64,000 nt of DNA from an uncultured delta proteobacterium (GCA_963724765.1 CAVRVY010000004.1:896001-960000), one strand, 5' to 3'. Counted from the first letter of the stretch, positions 9,822 through 21,451 are shown. Program-made: numbers and translations. Notes: generated by a model not told the origin, from the sequence alone.

Positions 9822-12098
9822 CTACGCAGCCGCCTTGGCCTGGCCCGTCTGGCCCTGCTCTTCCGCGATCGATCCGCGCTTGGAGAGCGCCACCGCGATC
9901 GCGAGCATCACGACCGAGAACACGGTAATCGCGACCCTGCTCCAGCTGAAGCCAACCTCGATCGAAGTGAACGGCGCGGCAAGGATGCCGACCAGGTTCA
10001 TCACCTTGATCATCGGGTTGAGCGCCGGACCGGCGGTGTCCTTGAAGGGATCGCCGACGGTGTCGCCCACGACGGTCGCTTTGTGGACCTCGGTGCCCTT
10101 GCCGCCAAGGAAGCCGTCCTCGACTTTCTTCTTAGCGTTGTCCCAGTTGGCGCCGGCGTTGGCCATAAAGACCGCGAGCAGTTGTCCGGTCACGATAGTG
10201 CCGGCGAGAAATCCGCCGAGCGCGCCCGCGTCCAATCCGAAACCGACCATCAGCGGCGCGAACACCGCGAGGATACCGGGGCCGAGCAACTCTTTCTGCG
10301 CGCTCGCGGTGACGATATCGACGCATCGCGCGTAGTCGGGCTTCTCCTTGTACTCCATGATTCCCGGATGCTCGCGGAACTGGCGGCGCACCTCGAAAAC
10401 CACCTGGTAAGCCGCACGGCTCACGGCCTTAATCGCGAACGCGCTGAACAGGAAGGGCACCGCTCCGCCGATCATCAGGCCGACGAACACGGTCGGCATG
10501 TTGACCTGGACGCCGAGCAGCCCGATGTGGGCTTCGTCGATGAATGAGCGGAACAGCGAAACCGCCGCGATGACCGCGGTGGCAATCGCGAGCCCCTTGG
10601 TCAGCGCCTTGGTGGTATTGCCGATCGCGTCCATCCACGACAGCGTGCGCGAGGCCTCTTCCTGATGGATACCGCCCATCTCGAAGATGCCGTGGGCGTT
10701 GTCAGTGATCGGTCCGTAAGTATCCATCGCAAGGATGAAGCCGGTGGTGGTCAGCAGCCCCAGGCCGGTAAGCGCAATGCCATAGAACTGCAGCGCCAGC
10801 GAGCCACGGAAGATGACCATCGCGCCGATGATGCACAACACGATAACCACCAGCGCCCACACCGAAGACTCCAGCCCCTCGGCCATGCCGGACAGGATGA
10901 GCGTCGCCGGGCCGGTGCGCGCCGCGTAGGCGGTCTCGGTGACCGGGCCGCGATCGGGATGCGTAAAGTAGTTGGTCAGCCACAGGGTGACGATGGCGAG
11001 AATGATGCCGAGCGTGGCGCACCAGGCGAAGCGCCAGTCGGGCGCTCCGGTTCGAGGATCTTCGAGGTAGAGCCAGTTGACGATGAAAAAGCCGACCACC
11101 GAGGCGATGGCCGAAGTCAGGTAGCCGATGTTGATCGGGCGCATCGGATCGCGCATCTCGCCCGGCGGCACGCGCACCGCGATGATGCCGAGGATCGAGG
11201 AAAACACGCCGACCGCGCGCAGGATGAGCGCGAAGACAATGAGCTTCATCGCGAACATGCCGGCCATCGCACCGTACAGGTCGATGAAATCCTTTTCGCT
11301 CAGCGCATAGGCCGCGAGGATGATCGCCGCGACCAAGGTGACTTCGTACGACTCGAACACGTCGGCCGCCATCCCGGCGCAGTCGCCGACGTTGTCGCCG
11401 ACGTTGTCTGCGATCGTTGCGGCGTTGCGCGGATCGTCCTCGGGGATTCCTGCCTCCACCTTGCCGACCAGGTCGCCGCCGACGTCAGCCGCCTTGGTAT
11501 AGATGCCGCCGCCCACGCGCATGAAGAGCGCGGCCAGCGAGCCGCCGAAGCCGAACCCAATCAGCACCTTCATCGCGTTTTCCTGGAAGACCAGGAAGAT
11601 GATGGTCGCGCCGAGCAATCCAAAGCCGACCGTGAACATGCCCGAGACGCCGCCGGCCTTGAACGCGATCTCCATCGCGTCTTTAAAGCTGGTGAGCGCG
11701 GCGTTGGCGCTGCGCACGTTGCCCTTGACCGCCAGCTTCATCCCGACCAGTCCCGCGCCATAGGAGGCGCTGACGCCCATCAGGAAGGCGATCGCGATTC
11801 CGATCGCCAGCGTCAGGTTGTCCGGATAAACACGGCGGTACATAAAAAAGAGCGCGAGCGCGATCACGATGACGAACCAGATCATCGTTTTGACCTGGCG
11901 TCTCATGTAGGCCATCGCGCCTTCCTCGACCGCGTCGGCGACGTCGGTCATCGACTTGGCGCCGGGGCTGGCGGCAAGCACAGTCCGCGCCAGCGACCAG
12001 CCGTAGAGCAGTGCGACCAGCGCGGAGGCCAGCACCGCCCATAGGATAATCAACTGGTTGCCGGTCAGGTGCGGCAGAACAATATTAGCTTCGCTCAT
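9822..12098 (-). CDS. hppA: Membrane-bound ion-translocating pyrophosphatase (K+-independent signature)
   Basis: GGGIYTKAADVGGDLVGKVE, EDDPRN, DNVGDNVGD and GDTVGDPFKDTAGP. GNTTKA has Lys at the K+-dependence determinant position. Confidence 0.95.
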   Translation of the reverse strand: MSEANIVLPHLTGNQLIILWAVLASALVALLYGWSLARTVLAASPGAKSMTDVADAVEEGAMAYMRRQVKTMIWFVIVIALALFFMYRRVYPDNLTLAIGIAIAFLMGVSASYGAGLVGMKLAVKGNVRSANAALTSFKDAMEIAFKAGGVSGMFTVGFGLLGATIIFLVFQENAMKVLIGFGFGGSLAALFMRVGGGIYTKAADVGGDLVGKVEAGIPEDDPRNAATIADNVGDNVGDCAGMAADVFESYEVTLVAAIILAAYALSEKDFIDLYGAMAGMFAMKLIVFALILRAVGVFSSILGIIAVRVPPGEMRDPMRPINIGYLTSAIASVVGFFIVNWLYLEDPRTGAPDWRFAWCATLGIILAIVTLWLTNYFTHPDRGPVTETAYAARTGPATLILSGMAEGLESSVWALVVIVLCIIGAMVIFRGSLALQFYGIALTGLGLLTTTGFILAMDTYGPITDNAHGIFEMGGIHQEEASRTLSWMDAIGNTTKALTKGLAIATAVIAAVSLFRSFIDEAHIGLLGVQVNMPTVFVGLMIGGAVPFLFSAFAIKAVSRAAYQVVFEVRRQFREHPGIMEYKEKPDYARCVDIVTASAQKELLGPGILAVFAPLMVGFGLDAGALGGFLAGTIVTGQLLAVFMANAGANWDNAKKKVEDGFLGGKGTEVHKATVVGDTVGDPFKDTAGPALNPMIKVMNLVGILAAPFTSIEVGFSWSRVAITVFSVVMLAIAVALSKRGSIAEEQGQTGQAKAAA

Positions 12099-12404
12099 CT
12101 GAGTCTGGATCTCCTGAAATTTGACACTTCTTCGCCGAGGCCCGGCTCAAAAAGACCGGTTGCAAATGGCTCTTTATCTGAGGAGCAGCAGCCTACGGCG
12201 CATAGTTACTTGGGTCAACCGAGGAAGTCTAGGGATTCTACGGCTTTATGTCCAGCCGTCGCAGCTCCGGTTTCCGTCACCCCGTAGATCGTCAGGCCGT
12301 CACAATCGCCACGGGTCTGATGTGCTCCATTTTGCCACAGCTTTCTGTTGGCGCGCGATTGATTGTGCCGTGCGGGGTATGTTTAGTTAAATGTTCCACC
12401 AACT

Positions 12405-13727
12405 ATGAATGTCAATCTTGAGAGCCCTTCGGCGCTTCGGCGCAAACTGACCATCGAACTCGAACCGGCCGAGATCAAGACCGAACTCGACCGCGCTTAC
12501 AATGACCTGCGCCGCAACGTGGTGCTCAAGGGCTTCCGCCCCGGTCACGCGCCACGCACGATGCTCGAGCGCCTGTTCGGCGACCGAGTCCGCGGCGAGA
12601 TCGTGCAGAAGCTGATCAAGGAATATACTGACAAGGCGCTGGAAGAGCAGAACTTGAAGCCCCTGCTGGCGCCGGAGATCGTCACCGAGGAAAGCGACCT
12701 CGCCAAGGCGCTGCGCTTCAGCGCGACCTTCGATCTGCGCCCCGAAATAGTGGTGCGCGACTACCAGGGCCTGCGCGTGCCGCGGCCGCAAGTCCAGGTC
12801 AGCGACGAAGAAGTGCAGAAGATGCTCGAGGAGCTGCGCGAGCGCTCGGCCACGCTCAAGAAGGTCGAAGAACGCACGCGGGTCGAGCGCGGCGACCTGG
12901 TGCTGGCGGAAATCGAGGGCCACGTCGACGGCAAGCCGCTGGAAGGTGCGAAAATCGGCCAGCGCATCCTCGAAGTTTCCCCCGAGCGCCTCGCCCATGG
13001 GCTCGACGAGGTGCTGGCTGGGGCCGAAGTCGGGCATCCGGCGCACGCGACGCGCAGCTACGCGGCCGACTACGCCGAGAAAGACCTCGCCGGAAAAAGC
13101 GTCGAGTGGCGCGCGGCGGTCAAGGAAATCTACATCAAGGTGCTGCCGGCGCTCGACGACGAATTCGCCAAGGACCTGGGCGACGTCGCCTCGCTCGACG
13201 AGTTGCGCGCCAAGGTGCGCGAGCAGCTGATGCAACGTGCGAGCGAGGAGGCCGACATGCGCGCGCGCCAGGGACTGCTCGACCTTGTGATCGAGCGTAA
13301 CCCGGTCGAAGTGCCGCAGTCGCTCGACGATCGCGAGCGCGAGCTGATGGAATCCGAGATGACCGGCGCGCTGATCGGTGCGGGGATGCCGCGAGAGGCG
13401 GCGGCCGAGCGGGTGCGCAACAGCGCGGAGGAAATTCACACGCGGGCGCACAAGCGGGCACTCAGCTCACTCATCGTCGACGCGATCGCCGAGCAGGAAA
13501 AAATCGAAGTAAGCGACGACGAGCTGGCCGCACGGGTCGCGCAGATCGTGACCCGCAGCTCCGGACGCGAGCGTGACCACGTGGCCGAGCACTACCGCAG
13601 CGAGGAGCATCGCGCGCTGCTCAAGCAGTCAATGCGGCGCGAGAAAACGCTCGACGCTTTGCTCGAGCGCGCGCAGTCGGAAACCGGGGACGCGGCCGGC
13701 GAGGCGCCCTCGGACGCACAGGCGTAG
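12405..13727 (+). CDS. tig: Trigger factor
   Basis: Ribosome-binding signature GFRPGHAP, LPALDDEFAK, and the canonical position upstream of clpP. Confidence 0.93.
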   Translation: MNVNLESPSALRRKLTIELEPAEIKTELDRAYNDLRRNVVLKGFRPGHAPRTMLERLFGDRVRGEIVQKLIKEYTDKALEEQNLKPLLAPEIVTEESDLAKALRFSATFDLRPEIVVRDYQGLRVPRPQVQVSDEEVQKMLEELRERSATLKKVEERTRVERGDLVLAEIEGHVDGKPLEGAKIGQRILEVSPERLAHGLDEVLAGAEVGHPAHATRSYAADYAEKDLAGKSVEWRAAVKEIYIKVLPALDDEFAKDLGDVASLDELRAKVREQLMQRASEEADMRARQGLLDLVIERNPVEVPQSLDDRERELMESEMTGALIGAGMPREAAAERVRNSAEEIHTRAHKRALSSLIVDAIAEQEKIEVSDDELAARVAQIVTRSSGRERDHVAEHYRSEEHRALLKQSMRREKTLDALLERAQSETGDAAGEAPSDAQA

Positions 13728-13834
13728 CGGCACGCCGCAGATTTCAGGTTGCCGCGCTATCTCAAACTGGATAGAATTTTACGTGGGGTGCCTGCACGGA
13801 GAAATCATCGCCGGCCGCGCCGAGCCGGGGTCTT

Positions 13835-14431
13835 ATGAGCAGCCTGATTCCGATGGTCGTCGAACAGACTGGCCGCGGCGAGCGTGCCTACGATATATAC
13901 TCTCGCCTGCTCAAAGACCGCATCGTTTTTCTCGGCACTGAAGTCAATGACGACGTCGCCAACCTGGTGACCGCGCAGTTTCTATTCCTGGAGTCCGAGG
14001 ACCCGGAAAAAGAGATCAGCTTCTACATCAACTCGCCGGGCGGCTCGGTCACGGCGGGCCTGGCGATTTACGACACCATGCAGTTCATCAAGCCTCCCGT
14101 TTCCACGCTATGCCTGGGACAGGCGGCGAGCATGGGTGCGGTGCTGCTGACGGCCGGCCACAAGGGACGGCGGTACGCGCTGCCGCACTCAAGAATTATG
14201 ATTCATCAGCCGCTCGGCGGCGCGCAGGGTCAGGCGGTCGACCTCGAGATCCAGGCGCGCGAAATTTTGCGCATGCGCGAAGAGCTCAACAACATCTTTG
14301 TGCGCCATTCCGGGCAGAAGCTGGGCAAGATCGAGAAGGACACGGACCGCGACATGTTCATGTCACCCGAGCAGGCGGTTGAATACGGACTGATCGATGA
14401 GGTAATCGTTAGGCGGGGGTCCTCCAAGTGA
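13835..14431 (+). CDS. clpP: ATP-dependent Clp protease proteolytic subunit
   Basis: Motifs [23 protein letters not shown] and MIHQP. Confidence 0.98.
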   Translation: MSSLIPMVVEQTGRGERAYDIYSRLLKDRIVFLGTEVNDDVANLVTAQFLFLESEDPEKEISFYINSPGGSVTAGLAIYDTMQFIKPPVSTLCLGQAASMGAVLLTAGHKGRRYALPHSRIMIHQPLGGAQGQAVDLEIQAREILRMREELNNIFVRHSGQKLGKIEKDTDRDMFMSPEQAVEYGLIDEVIVRRGSSK

Positions 14432-14450
14432 AGGGCGGTGGGAGGCATTA

Positions 14451-15701
14451 ATGGCCAAGCATGACGACCGCTCGGGCAACCTGGTCTGCTCGTTCTGTGG
14501 CAAGAGCCAGGATGAAGTCCGCAAGCTGATTGCGGGCCCGACGGTTTATATCTGCGACGAGTGCATCGACCTCTGCAACGACATCATCGCGGAGGAGACC
14601 GATAGCGAAGAGGCCTTCAGCCAGACCTCGGCGGTGCCCAAGCCGGCCGAGATCAAGCGCGTACTCGACCAGTACGTGATCGGCCAGGAGCGGGCCAAGA
14701 AGATCCTCTCGGTCGCGGTGCACAACCACTACAAACGCATCGACTCCCAGATGGTGACCGGCGAGGTCGAGCTGCAGAAGTCCAACATCCTGCTGATCGG
14801 CCCGACCGGTGTGGGCAAGACCCTGCTGGCGCAGACGCTCGCGCGTTTCCTGCAGGTGCCCTTCACCATCGCGGATGCGACCTCGCTGACCGAGGCCGGC
14901 TACGTCGGCGAAGACGTCGAGAACATCATCCTGTCGCTGCTGCAAAACGCCGACTACGACATCGAGCGCTGCCAGCGCGGCATCGTCTACATCGATGAAA
15001 TCGACAAGATCGCGCGCAAGGGCGACAATCCCTCGATTACGCGCGACGTCTCGGGCGAGGGCGTGCAGCAGGCGCTGCTCAAGATCGTCGAAGGCACGAT
15101 GGCGAGCGTGCCGCCCAAGGGCGGCCGCAAGCATCCGCAGCAGGAATTCCTGCAGGTCGACACCACCAATATCCTGTTCATCTGCGGCGGCGCCTTCGTG
15201 GGCCTCGACGACATCATCCGGCGGCGTATCGCGGGCAAGACGATGGGCTTTCGGGCCGACCTCTCCCATCGCGATCCCAAGACGGTCTCCGAGCTGCTCA
15301 ACGAAGTGCAGCCCGAGGATCTGCTCAAGTTCGGGCTGATCCCGGAATTCGTCGGACGCCTGCCGGTAATCGCGACGCTCGGCGAACTCGACGAGGACGC
15401 GCTGGTGCGGATTCTGACCGAGCCCAAGAACGCGCTAGTGCGCCAGTATCAGAAATTGTTCGACATGGAGAACGTCCACCTTAAATTCACCCAGGGGGCG
15501 CTGCGCGCGATCGCGCGCGAGGCGCTCAAGCGCAAGTCGGGCGCCCGCGGCCTGCGTGCTATAATGGAAGCCATCATGGTGGACCTGATGTACGAGATTC
15601 CCTCACAGCCCAACATCAAGGAGGTTCTGATTTCCGAGGAGGTGGTCACACAGAAGGAACAGCCGTTGCTGGTTTACCAGAAAACCGCCGAAACCGCCTG
15701 A
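14451..15701 (+). CDS. clpX: Clp protease ATP-binding subunit ClpX
   Basis: C4 zinc finger CSFCGK...CDEC, Walker [12 protein letters not shown] and GYVG pore loops. Confidence 0.98.
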   Translation: MAKHDDRSGNLVCSFCGKSQDEVRKLIAGPTVYICDECIDLCNDIIAEETDSEEAFSQTSAVPKPAEIKRVLDQYVIGQERAKKILSVAVHNHYKRIDSQMVTGEVELQKSNILLIGPTGVGKTLLAQTLARFLQVPFTIADATSLTEAGYVGEDVENIILSLLQNADYDIERCQRGIVYIDEIDKIARKGDNPSITRDVSGEGVQQALLKIVEGTMASVPPKGGRKHPQQEFLQVDTTNILFICGGAFVGLDDIIRRRIAGKTMGFRADLSHRDPKTVSELLNEVQPEDLLKFGLIPEFVGRLPVIATLGELDEDALVRILTEPKNALVRQYQKLFDMENVHLKFTQGALRAIAREALKRKSGARGLRAIMEAIMVDLMYEIPSQPNIKEVLISEEVVTQKEQPLLVYQKTAETA

Positions 15702-15723
15702 ACATCTCAGGAATTGATAACCG

Positions 15724-18216
15724 ATGCTTTTTCGCAATGACAAGGACAAGAACGACAAGAAAGACGGCCGCGACGCGCAGAGCGATACAGTTCCGCTTCT
15801 GCCCTTGCGCGAGTTGATCGTTTTCCCGCACCAGGTTTACCCGATCTTCGTCGGCCGCCAGAAGTCAATCAAGGCGCTGGAAGCCGCCGAGGCGCGCAAG
15901 CAGCCGATCTTGCTGGTCGCACAAAAGGACGCCAAGGTCTCCGACCCGGGCCCGCAGGACATCTACGCCACCGGCACGCTGGGCGTGGTGGTGCAGTTGC
16001 TGCGCCTGCCCGACGGCACCGTCAAGGCGCTGCTCGAAGGCAAGCGCCGCGCGCGTATCGTGCGCTACGCCACCGAGGAGGAATATTTCCAGGTCGAAGT
16101 CGAGCCGATCGAAGAGGTCTACGATCGCACGACCGAGGTCGAGGCGCTGATCCGTTCGGTCAACGCGACCTTCGACAACTACGTACGCCTGAACAAGAAG
16201 ATCCCGCCCGAGATGGTCACCTCGATCGCTGCGGTCGACGATCCCGCCTACCTGGCCGACAAGCTGGTCGAACATCTGGGCATCAAGCTCGAGGACAAGC
16301 AGGCGCTGCTCGAATGCGCCAATCCGGCCGAGCGGCTGGAGAAGATTCTCGGTTACATGCGCTCCGAACTCGAAATCCTGGAGGTCGAAAAACGCATCCG
16401 CTCCCGGGTCAAGAAGCAGATGGAAAAGACCCAGAAGGAGTACTACCTCAACGAGCAGATGCGGGCGATTCAGAAGGAATTGGGCGAGAAAGACGAATTC
16501 AAGAACGAGATCCAGGAGCTCGAAGAGAAGCTGCGCCAGAAAAAGATGCCGGCCGAGGCTCGCGAGAAATGCGAGCGCGAAATCAAAAAGCTCAAGATGA
16601 TGTCGCCGATGTCGGCCGAGGCGACCGTGGTGCGCAACTACCTCGACTGGTTCCTGGCCCTGCCCTGGTTCGAGTACACAGAGGACAAGCTCGACATCAA
16701 GGAAGCCGAGCGCATCCTCGAGGAGGACCACTACGGGCTGGAAAAGGTCAAGCAGCGCATCCTCGAATACCTCGCGGTGCAGACCCTGGTGGGCCAGATG
16801 AAGGGTCCCATCTTGTGCCTGGTCGGGCCGCCAGGTGTGGGCAAGACTTCGCTCGGAAAATCGATCGCGCGCGCCACCGGGCGCAAGTTCGTGCGCGTCT
16901 CGTTGGGCGGAGTGCGTGACGAGGCGGAGGTCCGCGGCCATCGCCGAACCTATATTGGCGCGCTGCCCGGCAAGATCATCCAATCGATGCGCAAGGCGAG
17001 CTCGGGTAACCCCGTGATGTTGCTCGACGAGGTCGACAAGATGTCGACCGACTTCCGCGGCGACCCGTCCTCGGCGCTGCTCGAAGTGCTTGATCCCGAG
17101 CAGAACTGCACCTTCAACGATCATTATCTCGATTGTGACTACGACCTGGCCAAGGTGATGTTCGTCACCACCGCCAACACGCTCGAGCGCATCCCGCGCC
17201 CTTTGCAGGACCGGATGGAAATCATCCGTATCCCGGGCTACACCGAGACCGAGAAGCTCAATATCGCCAAGCGCTACCTGGTGCGAAAACAGCGCGAGGC
17301 CAACGGGCTGAAGGAGGAGAACATCGAGTTCTCCGACCAGGCGATTCTGCAAATCATCCGGCTCTACACGCGCGAGGCCGGAGTGCGCAACCTGGAACGT
17401 GAGATCGCCTCGATTTGCCGCAAGGTCGCGGTCGAGGTGGTCAAGACAGACCGTAGCGCGCACGTCCGCGTCTCGGCTTCCAGCCTGGCCAAGCAGCTCG
17501 GCCCGCCGCGCTTCCGTTACGGGATGGCCGAGACCGAGCCGCAGGTCGGCATGGCAACGGGTCTCGCGTGGACCGAGATGGGCGGCGAGTTGCTTGGGGT
17601 CGAGGTCACCATCGTGCCAGGCCGCGGCAAGCTGACCGTGACCGGGCAACTGGGCGAAGTGATGCAGGAGAGCGCGCATGCGGCGCTGTCGTACATCCGC
17701 TCACGCGCTGACACGCTGGGACTGGCGTCCAGCTTCTACCAGAAGATCGATATCCACATCCACATTCCTGAAGGCGCGACGCCCAAGGACGGCCCCTCAG
17801 CCGGCATCACCCTGGCGACGGCGCTGGCCTCGGCGCTGTGCCGCGTACCGGTGCGCAACGATCTGGCGATGACCGGCGAAATCACGCTGCGTGGACGCGT
17901 ACTGCCGATCGGCGGGCTCAAGGAAAAAATCCTCGCGGCTCATCGCGGCGGCGTCAAGACCGTGCTCATCCCCAAGGAAAACGCCAAGGATGTGGACGAT
18001 ATCCCGGCGCCAATTCTGAAAAACGTGACGCTCATCCAGGTCGAGCACATGGACGAGGTGCTACGCCACGCCCTGGTGCTATCGGACCCGGAGGCGTTCT
18101 TCAAGGTCAAGCCGGCCGCCATTGACTACCGCACGGCGGCCGAGAGCAAGGAAGAGCTGGTGGATGACGAGGCGGAGGACGACTCCACTATCCCCTCGCC
18201 CACCAATTTGTCCTGA
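15724..18216 (+). CDS. lon: Lon protease
   Basis: [20 protein letters not shown], catalytic PKDGPSAG and IGGLKEK. Confidence 0.98.
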   Translation: MLFRNDKDKNDKKDGRDAQSDTVPLLPLRELIVFPHQVYPIFVGRQKSIKALEAAEARKQPILLVAQKDAKVSDPGPQDIYATGTLGVVVQLLRLPDGTVKALLEGKRRARIVRYATEEEYFQVEVEPIEEVYDRTTEVEALIRSVNATFDNYVRLNKKIPPEMVTSIAAVDDPAYLADKLVEHLGIKLEDKQALLECANPAERLEKILGYMRSELEILEVEKRIRSRVKKQMEKTQKEYYLNEQMRAIQKELGEKDEFKNEIQELEEKLRQKKMPAEAREKCEREIKKLKMMSPMSAEATVVRNYLDWFLALPWFEYTEDKLDIKEAERILEEDHYGLEKVKQRILEYLAVQTLVGQMKGPILCLVGPPGVGKTSLGKSIARATGRKFVRVSLGGVRDEAEVRGHRRTYIGALPGKIIQSMRKASSGNPVMLLDEVDKMSTDFRGDPSSALLEVLDPEQNCTFNDHYLDCDYDLAKVMFVTTANTLERIPRPLQDRMEIIRIPGYTETEKLNIAKRYLVRKQREANGLKEENIEFSDQAILQIIRLYTREAGVRNLEREIASICRKVAVEVVKTDRSAHVRVSASSLAKQLGPPRFRYGMAETEPQVGMATGLAWTEMGGELLGVEVTIVPGRGKLTVTGQLGEVMQESAHAALSYIRSRADTLGLASSFYQKIDIHIHIPEGATPKDGPSAGITLATALASALCRVPVRNDLAMTGEITLRGRVLPIGGLKEKILAAHRGGVKTVLIPKENAKDVDDIPAPILKNVTLIQVEHMDEVLRHALVLSDPEAFFKVKPAAIDYRTAAESKEELVDDEAEDDSTIPSPTNLS

Positions 18217-18306
18217 GGCTCGGCAACGGGGGAACCGCGCGCGCACCGCACACGCCGATGGGCGCGCCGTAACAAGCCCAATGGTACGGGGGGCGGGAGG
18301 GACTAA

Positions 18307-18624
18307 ATGACAAAGGCCGAACTAATCGAGGGACTGGCCAATAAGCTCAACCTCAACAAGGCCGAGGCCGAGAAGGCGGTCAACCTCCTACTCGACGACA
18401 TCGTCGCTGCGCTCAAACAAGGTGAGCGGGTCAATATCTCGGGCTTCGGGACGTTTTCGGTTTCTGAGCGGGCTTCGCGGGTAGGGCGCAATCCGAAGAC
18501 CGGCGAAGCGATCCAGATTTCGGCCAGCCGCTCGGCCAAGTTTCGCGCCGGCAAACAGCTCAAGGATTCTCTCAACGACGCCGCTCCCGGCGGCGGCTCG
18601 CAGGCAAGTCCTCCACCGGCCTGA
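18307..18624 (+). CDS. hup: HU-family DNA-binding protein
   Basis: MTKAELI, GFGTF and GRNPKTG; follows lon. Confidence 0.93.
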   Translation: MTKAELIEGLANKLNLNKAEAEKAVNLLLDDIVAALKQGERVNISGFGTFSVSERASRVGRNPKTGEAIQISASRSAKFRAGKQLKDSLNDAAPGGGSQASPPPA

Positions 18625-18831
18625 ATCCGCCGCGCGGCGGGAGCCCGTTTTGGCGACAGACGCCGCGTCCGCAAAGGCGCGGCGTTCGTTTGTATGGAGG
18701 CGAAGCTTCGAGCGCCGGAGGGTTAGGTTCCTGCAATTATGTGGAGTTCTCTTGATCAACGAAGCTCGAGTGCGATTTGCTTAGATCGACGTCGAGAGAC
18801 TGGGCCGCTTTTTTGATGTATTGAAGCCGAA

Positions 18832-18906
18832 GGGCGGTTAGCTCAGCGGTAGAGCATCGGCCTTACAAGCCGAGGGTCGCAGGTTCGAAACCTGCACCGC
18901 CCACCA
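18832..18906 (+). tRNA. tRNA-Val(TAC)
   Basis: Cloverleaf with acceptor GGGCGGT/ACCGCCC, anticodon arm TCGGC-CTTACAA-GCCGA, T-arm GCAGG-TTCGAAA-CCTGC and encoded CCA. Confidence 0.97.
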
Positions 18907-19040
18907 ATGAAATCAAGGCCTTTCTGAGGAACAGAGAGCGCCCATTGAGCGCCGGTGCCATTAGGGTGCCATCTTTACCCGAGTCCCCAGAGGCCACAGC
19001 ATCATCGCGAGTGCCTTGCACGCTGCCGAACACGCGTGCC

Positions 19041-19178
19041 GAATCCGGCCCACCTGGCGAGTACGCGCTCATCATGGCGACGATCGCGGTCGTGGTCTAC
19101 AGCGCCTACCGTAAGTTGGGCAACAACATCGGTTCGCTCGCCAGTGGCGTCGATTCCGCTCTGGCCAACTCGCAAGCA
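19041..19178 (+). pseudogene. Flp (type IVb) pilin remnant
   Basis: ESGPPGEYALIMATIAVVVYSAYRKLGNNIGSLASGVDSAL keeps the Flp EY motif and hydrophobic helix. The prepilin G-x4-E spacing is disrupted and no proper start is present. Confidence 0.6.
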
Positions 19179-19694
19179 GGCCGAGCGGCAGCGGCAAATC
19201 ATCGACGAAATTCCCAAGGAGATAGCCAGACCCCGTGAAGGATAGCGCACCTGATGACGCGCAGGAACTATGGCTTCTGGCCGCCTGGGTTGTGTGGGTC
19301 ACGTTCCGCCTCGCCCCGCACCCCGTCAGGCCTGTGAGGAGCATCCATGCTTGGCGGGCGACGATACTTGTCTCGCGGTCGGGCTAGCGGTGTGGATGCT
19401 TCACGGCGCGCAAATCGCGGTGCGCGTGCTCGATATCAAACCAGCCCCGCCAGTCGTCACCAGCTATCGCCTTGACCGCGGCTGAAACCGGCCCATAGCC
19501 CCCAGGAGCCGATGTGGGCCGTCCGCCCGCTCGGGACGCTCCCGACCCCTGCTTCGCCAGCCCGGAGGCACCAAGAATTAACGACAAAATTATTGGCGCA
19601 CGTTCCCGCGGCCTAGCCGGCCGGCAATCGACACGATATGAGACGGGGCGGCCCTTCTTACGGCATCTCGCGCGTATTCGCGTGTGGCTTGAAA

Positions 19695-19732
19695 TCGAAG
19701 CGGGACCGCCATGGAACGCGGCCCCGCTTCGA
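19695..19732 (-). terminator. Hairpin downstream of 19752-20342
   Basis: Near-perfect stem TCGAAGCGGGACCGC...GCGGCCCCGCTTCGA with a short T-tail on the minus strand. Confidence 0.45.
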
Positions 19733-19751
19733 GGTGTTCACGCAAAGCGGC

Positions 19752-20342
19752 TCACGGGAGGGTCACGCTTGTTTTCCCATTGGCTTCGGCCCATTGAAAG
19801 AAACCGAGCCCGCCCGCAGGTGGCGCCAGAGTGAAGCCGACCTCAGTGTAGGTGGAGCTCCCGGTCGCGCCTTTGTATATGCCCGTGCCGGCGAATAGCG
19901 TGTCGGTCTCGGTTACAGTGAATTCTCCGCTTGTAAGGTTGATACAGCCGCTTCCCGAGGCACCGCCATAGAAAGTAGAGCCAAGGGGTCCATCAACTGC
20001 GGAGGCCGATCCTATGAAATCAAGATTCACACCGGTTTCGCTTTCACCGAAAACACCAGTGAAGCTGCAGGAGGTAGTGCCTTCGCTGTATTCACTCACC
20101 GACTGAAAGCTATAAGCGCCACCCAAAATTGGCTTCTTCGGGAAAATAGACGTTCCTGAGCCCGTGCCCAGGGCGGCAGTCGAAGTCGTGTCAGCTGTGT
20201 CGAAACTGAACGACCCGCCCATGCTCACGGCCGTGCCTCTGGAATGGAACGTACCCTTGAAGGTTTTCGCATCAGCCTTTGGCGCCAGAAACACTCCCAC
20301 TGAGAGAGCCAGGACCACGATACCCGTTAGCTTCGAAAGCAT
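19752..20342 (-). CDS. Secreted Gly/Ser/Thr-rich beta-strand protein
   Basis: RBS GGAGG; signal peptide ending ADA-K; two Cys. AGTGIYKGATGS is reminiscent of dirigent/AOC-like barrels. Confidence 0.7.
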   Translation of the reverse strand: MLSKLTGIVVLALSVGVFLAPKADAKTFKGTFHSRGTAVSMGGSFSFDTADTTSTAALGTGSGTSIFPKKPILGGAYSFQSVSEYSEGTTSCSFTGVFGESETGVNLDFIGSASAVDGPLGSTFYGGASGSGCINLTSGEFTVTETDTLFAGTGIYKGATGSSTYTEVGFTLAPPAGGLGFFQWAEANGKTSVTLP

Positions 20343-20767
20343 CGCTCTACCTCCCTGTTAGGGTTGATTCTCAGCGTAGCCGGGAAACCGGCAGCGGCCA
20401 CAAGGCAAGGCGTCCGACGCTCAATTAAGACCACCAAAGCTCAGTTATAGTTTGTGCACGTTAACGTCAAACACTCGGTCTTGTGCGATGGCTTCGCGGG
20501 GTCCTCCGAATTTCGTAAAAGTTCCCGGGACCACGGGACCCCACGCGCGAAACGCGATCGCGATTTTTGGGGGTACCCTGGCCCGACCTGGCAAAGCATC
20601 CTTCGAAAGGACAGTCCCCGCCGGTGCCAAACTCGGTGCCGAACTAGCGCCAACCGGGCATCTCACTGCTTACTACTCAGTACAACTCAAAGTAAGGATG
20701 GGCCGTATATCGACTGAGGTTTTGAGATGGAGCGCGCTATAGATACTGGACTATTTGCGGGCCAGTT

Positions 20768-20815
20768 TCGGCCTTACAAGCCGGTCGCAAATTCGAAACC
20801 TGCACCGCCCACCAA
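20768..20815 (+). repeat. attR-like degenerate direct repeat of the tRNA-Val 3' half
   Basis: TCGGCCTTACAAGCCG---GTCGCAAATTCGAAACCTGCACCGCCCACCAA versus tRNA 18857-18907, differing by a 3-nt deletion and GG>AA. Confidence 0.9.
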
Positions 20816-20924
20816 GTACCGACGGCCTCTCGTGAATATGCGGCTTGCGCAGCTGACGCGAGTCGCAGACGAGTCGCAATCTGGGGTCGCCTTGAGCCAG
20901 AGCGGGGATCACTGTACAGGCTGT

Positions 20925-21212
20925 CTCAAGGTGAGCGGAGTAAAGCGCGTGGTGAATGAACTGCAGGTGTAGCCGAGCGCGCAGCAGAACGCTGTCAATG
21001 CGAGCGACGACGAGATCCAGCGTCAGGTCAGGAAGGCTCTCGACGATCATGGGTTCAATAACCTCGGCTTGGACGTGCGCAACGGCGTCGCGCGTTTGAC
21101 GGGGCACATTCCAACCGAAGCGCGGTATCTAGAGGCCGCTGTCGTAGCGCGTTCGGTCCGAAGCATGCGCGCGCTCGAAGACGACCTGCGCCTTCGGGCG
21201 GGCGATCATTAG
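20925..21212 (+). pseudogene. BON-domain (OsmY-like) protein remnant
   Basis: LKVSGVKRVVNELQV*PSAQ...SDDEIQRQVRKAL...VRNGVARLTG...LEDDLRL. In-frame TAG at 20970; 5' part missing. Confidence 0.75.
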
Positions 21213-21451
21213 CCCAGCGCGGCAGCGCCCCGACATCACACATCTCCTTATGCAAAAGCGATACGCGGCAAGCTTAAAACCTGTTCTCTGGGGCACTAAT
21301 AGTCAACTTGAAACCCTGGCCGCGCTTGTCGCGAAGCGAGCAATATCGGAATGTGGACTAAATGAATGCATGAACGTATGAACAGCGCAGATGTATTGGG
21401 TAACCTGATCATGTGACTGAACAATGACTTGACCGACAGGAAGACAGTATA

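Larger units (their letters stand above)
18907..20815. mobile_element. Small integrase-less (decayed) element inserted at tRNA-Val
   Basis: Bounded by the tRNA and a degenerate copy of its 3' half. Paired GGTGCC repeats lie near both ends. No integrase ORF. Confidence 0.65.

Noticed and set aside
1620-17679. Long antisense ORFs (e.g. 1620-3413, 10665-12044, 15865-17679)
   Set aside because: They are shadow frames of well-supported genes, expected in high-GC DNA, and carry no recognisable motifs.
20588-20615. GGCAAAGCATCCTTCGAAAGGA as a c-di-GMP-I riboswitch
   Set aside because: The GNRA-capped P1 and the downstream GACGCAAAGC/P2 elements are not present.
20768-20815. Second tRNA-Val gene
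   Set aside because: It lacks the 5' acceptor strand and D-arm and has a disrupted variable region and T-stem, so it is an att-like repeat.
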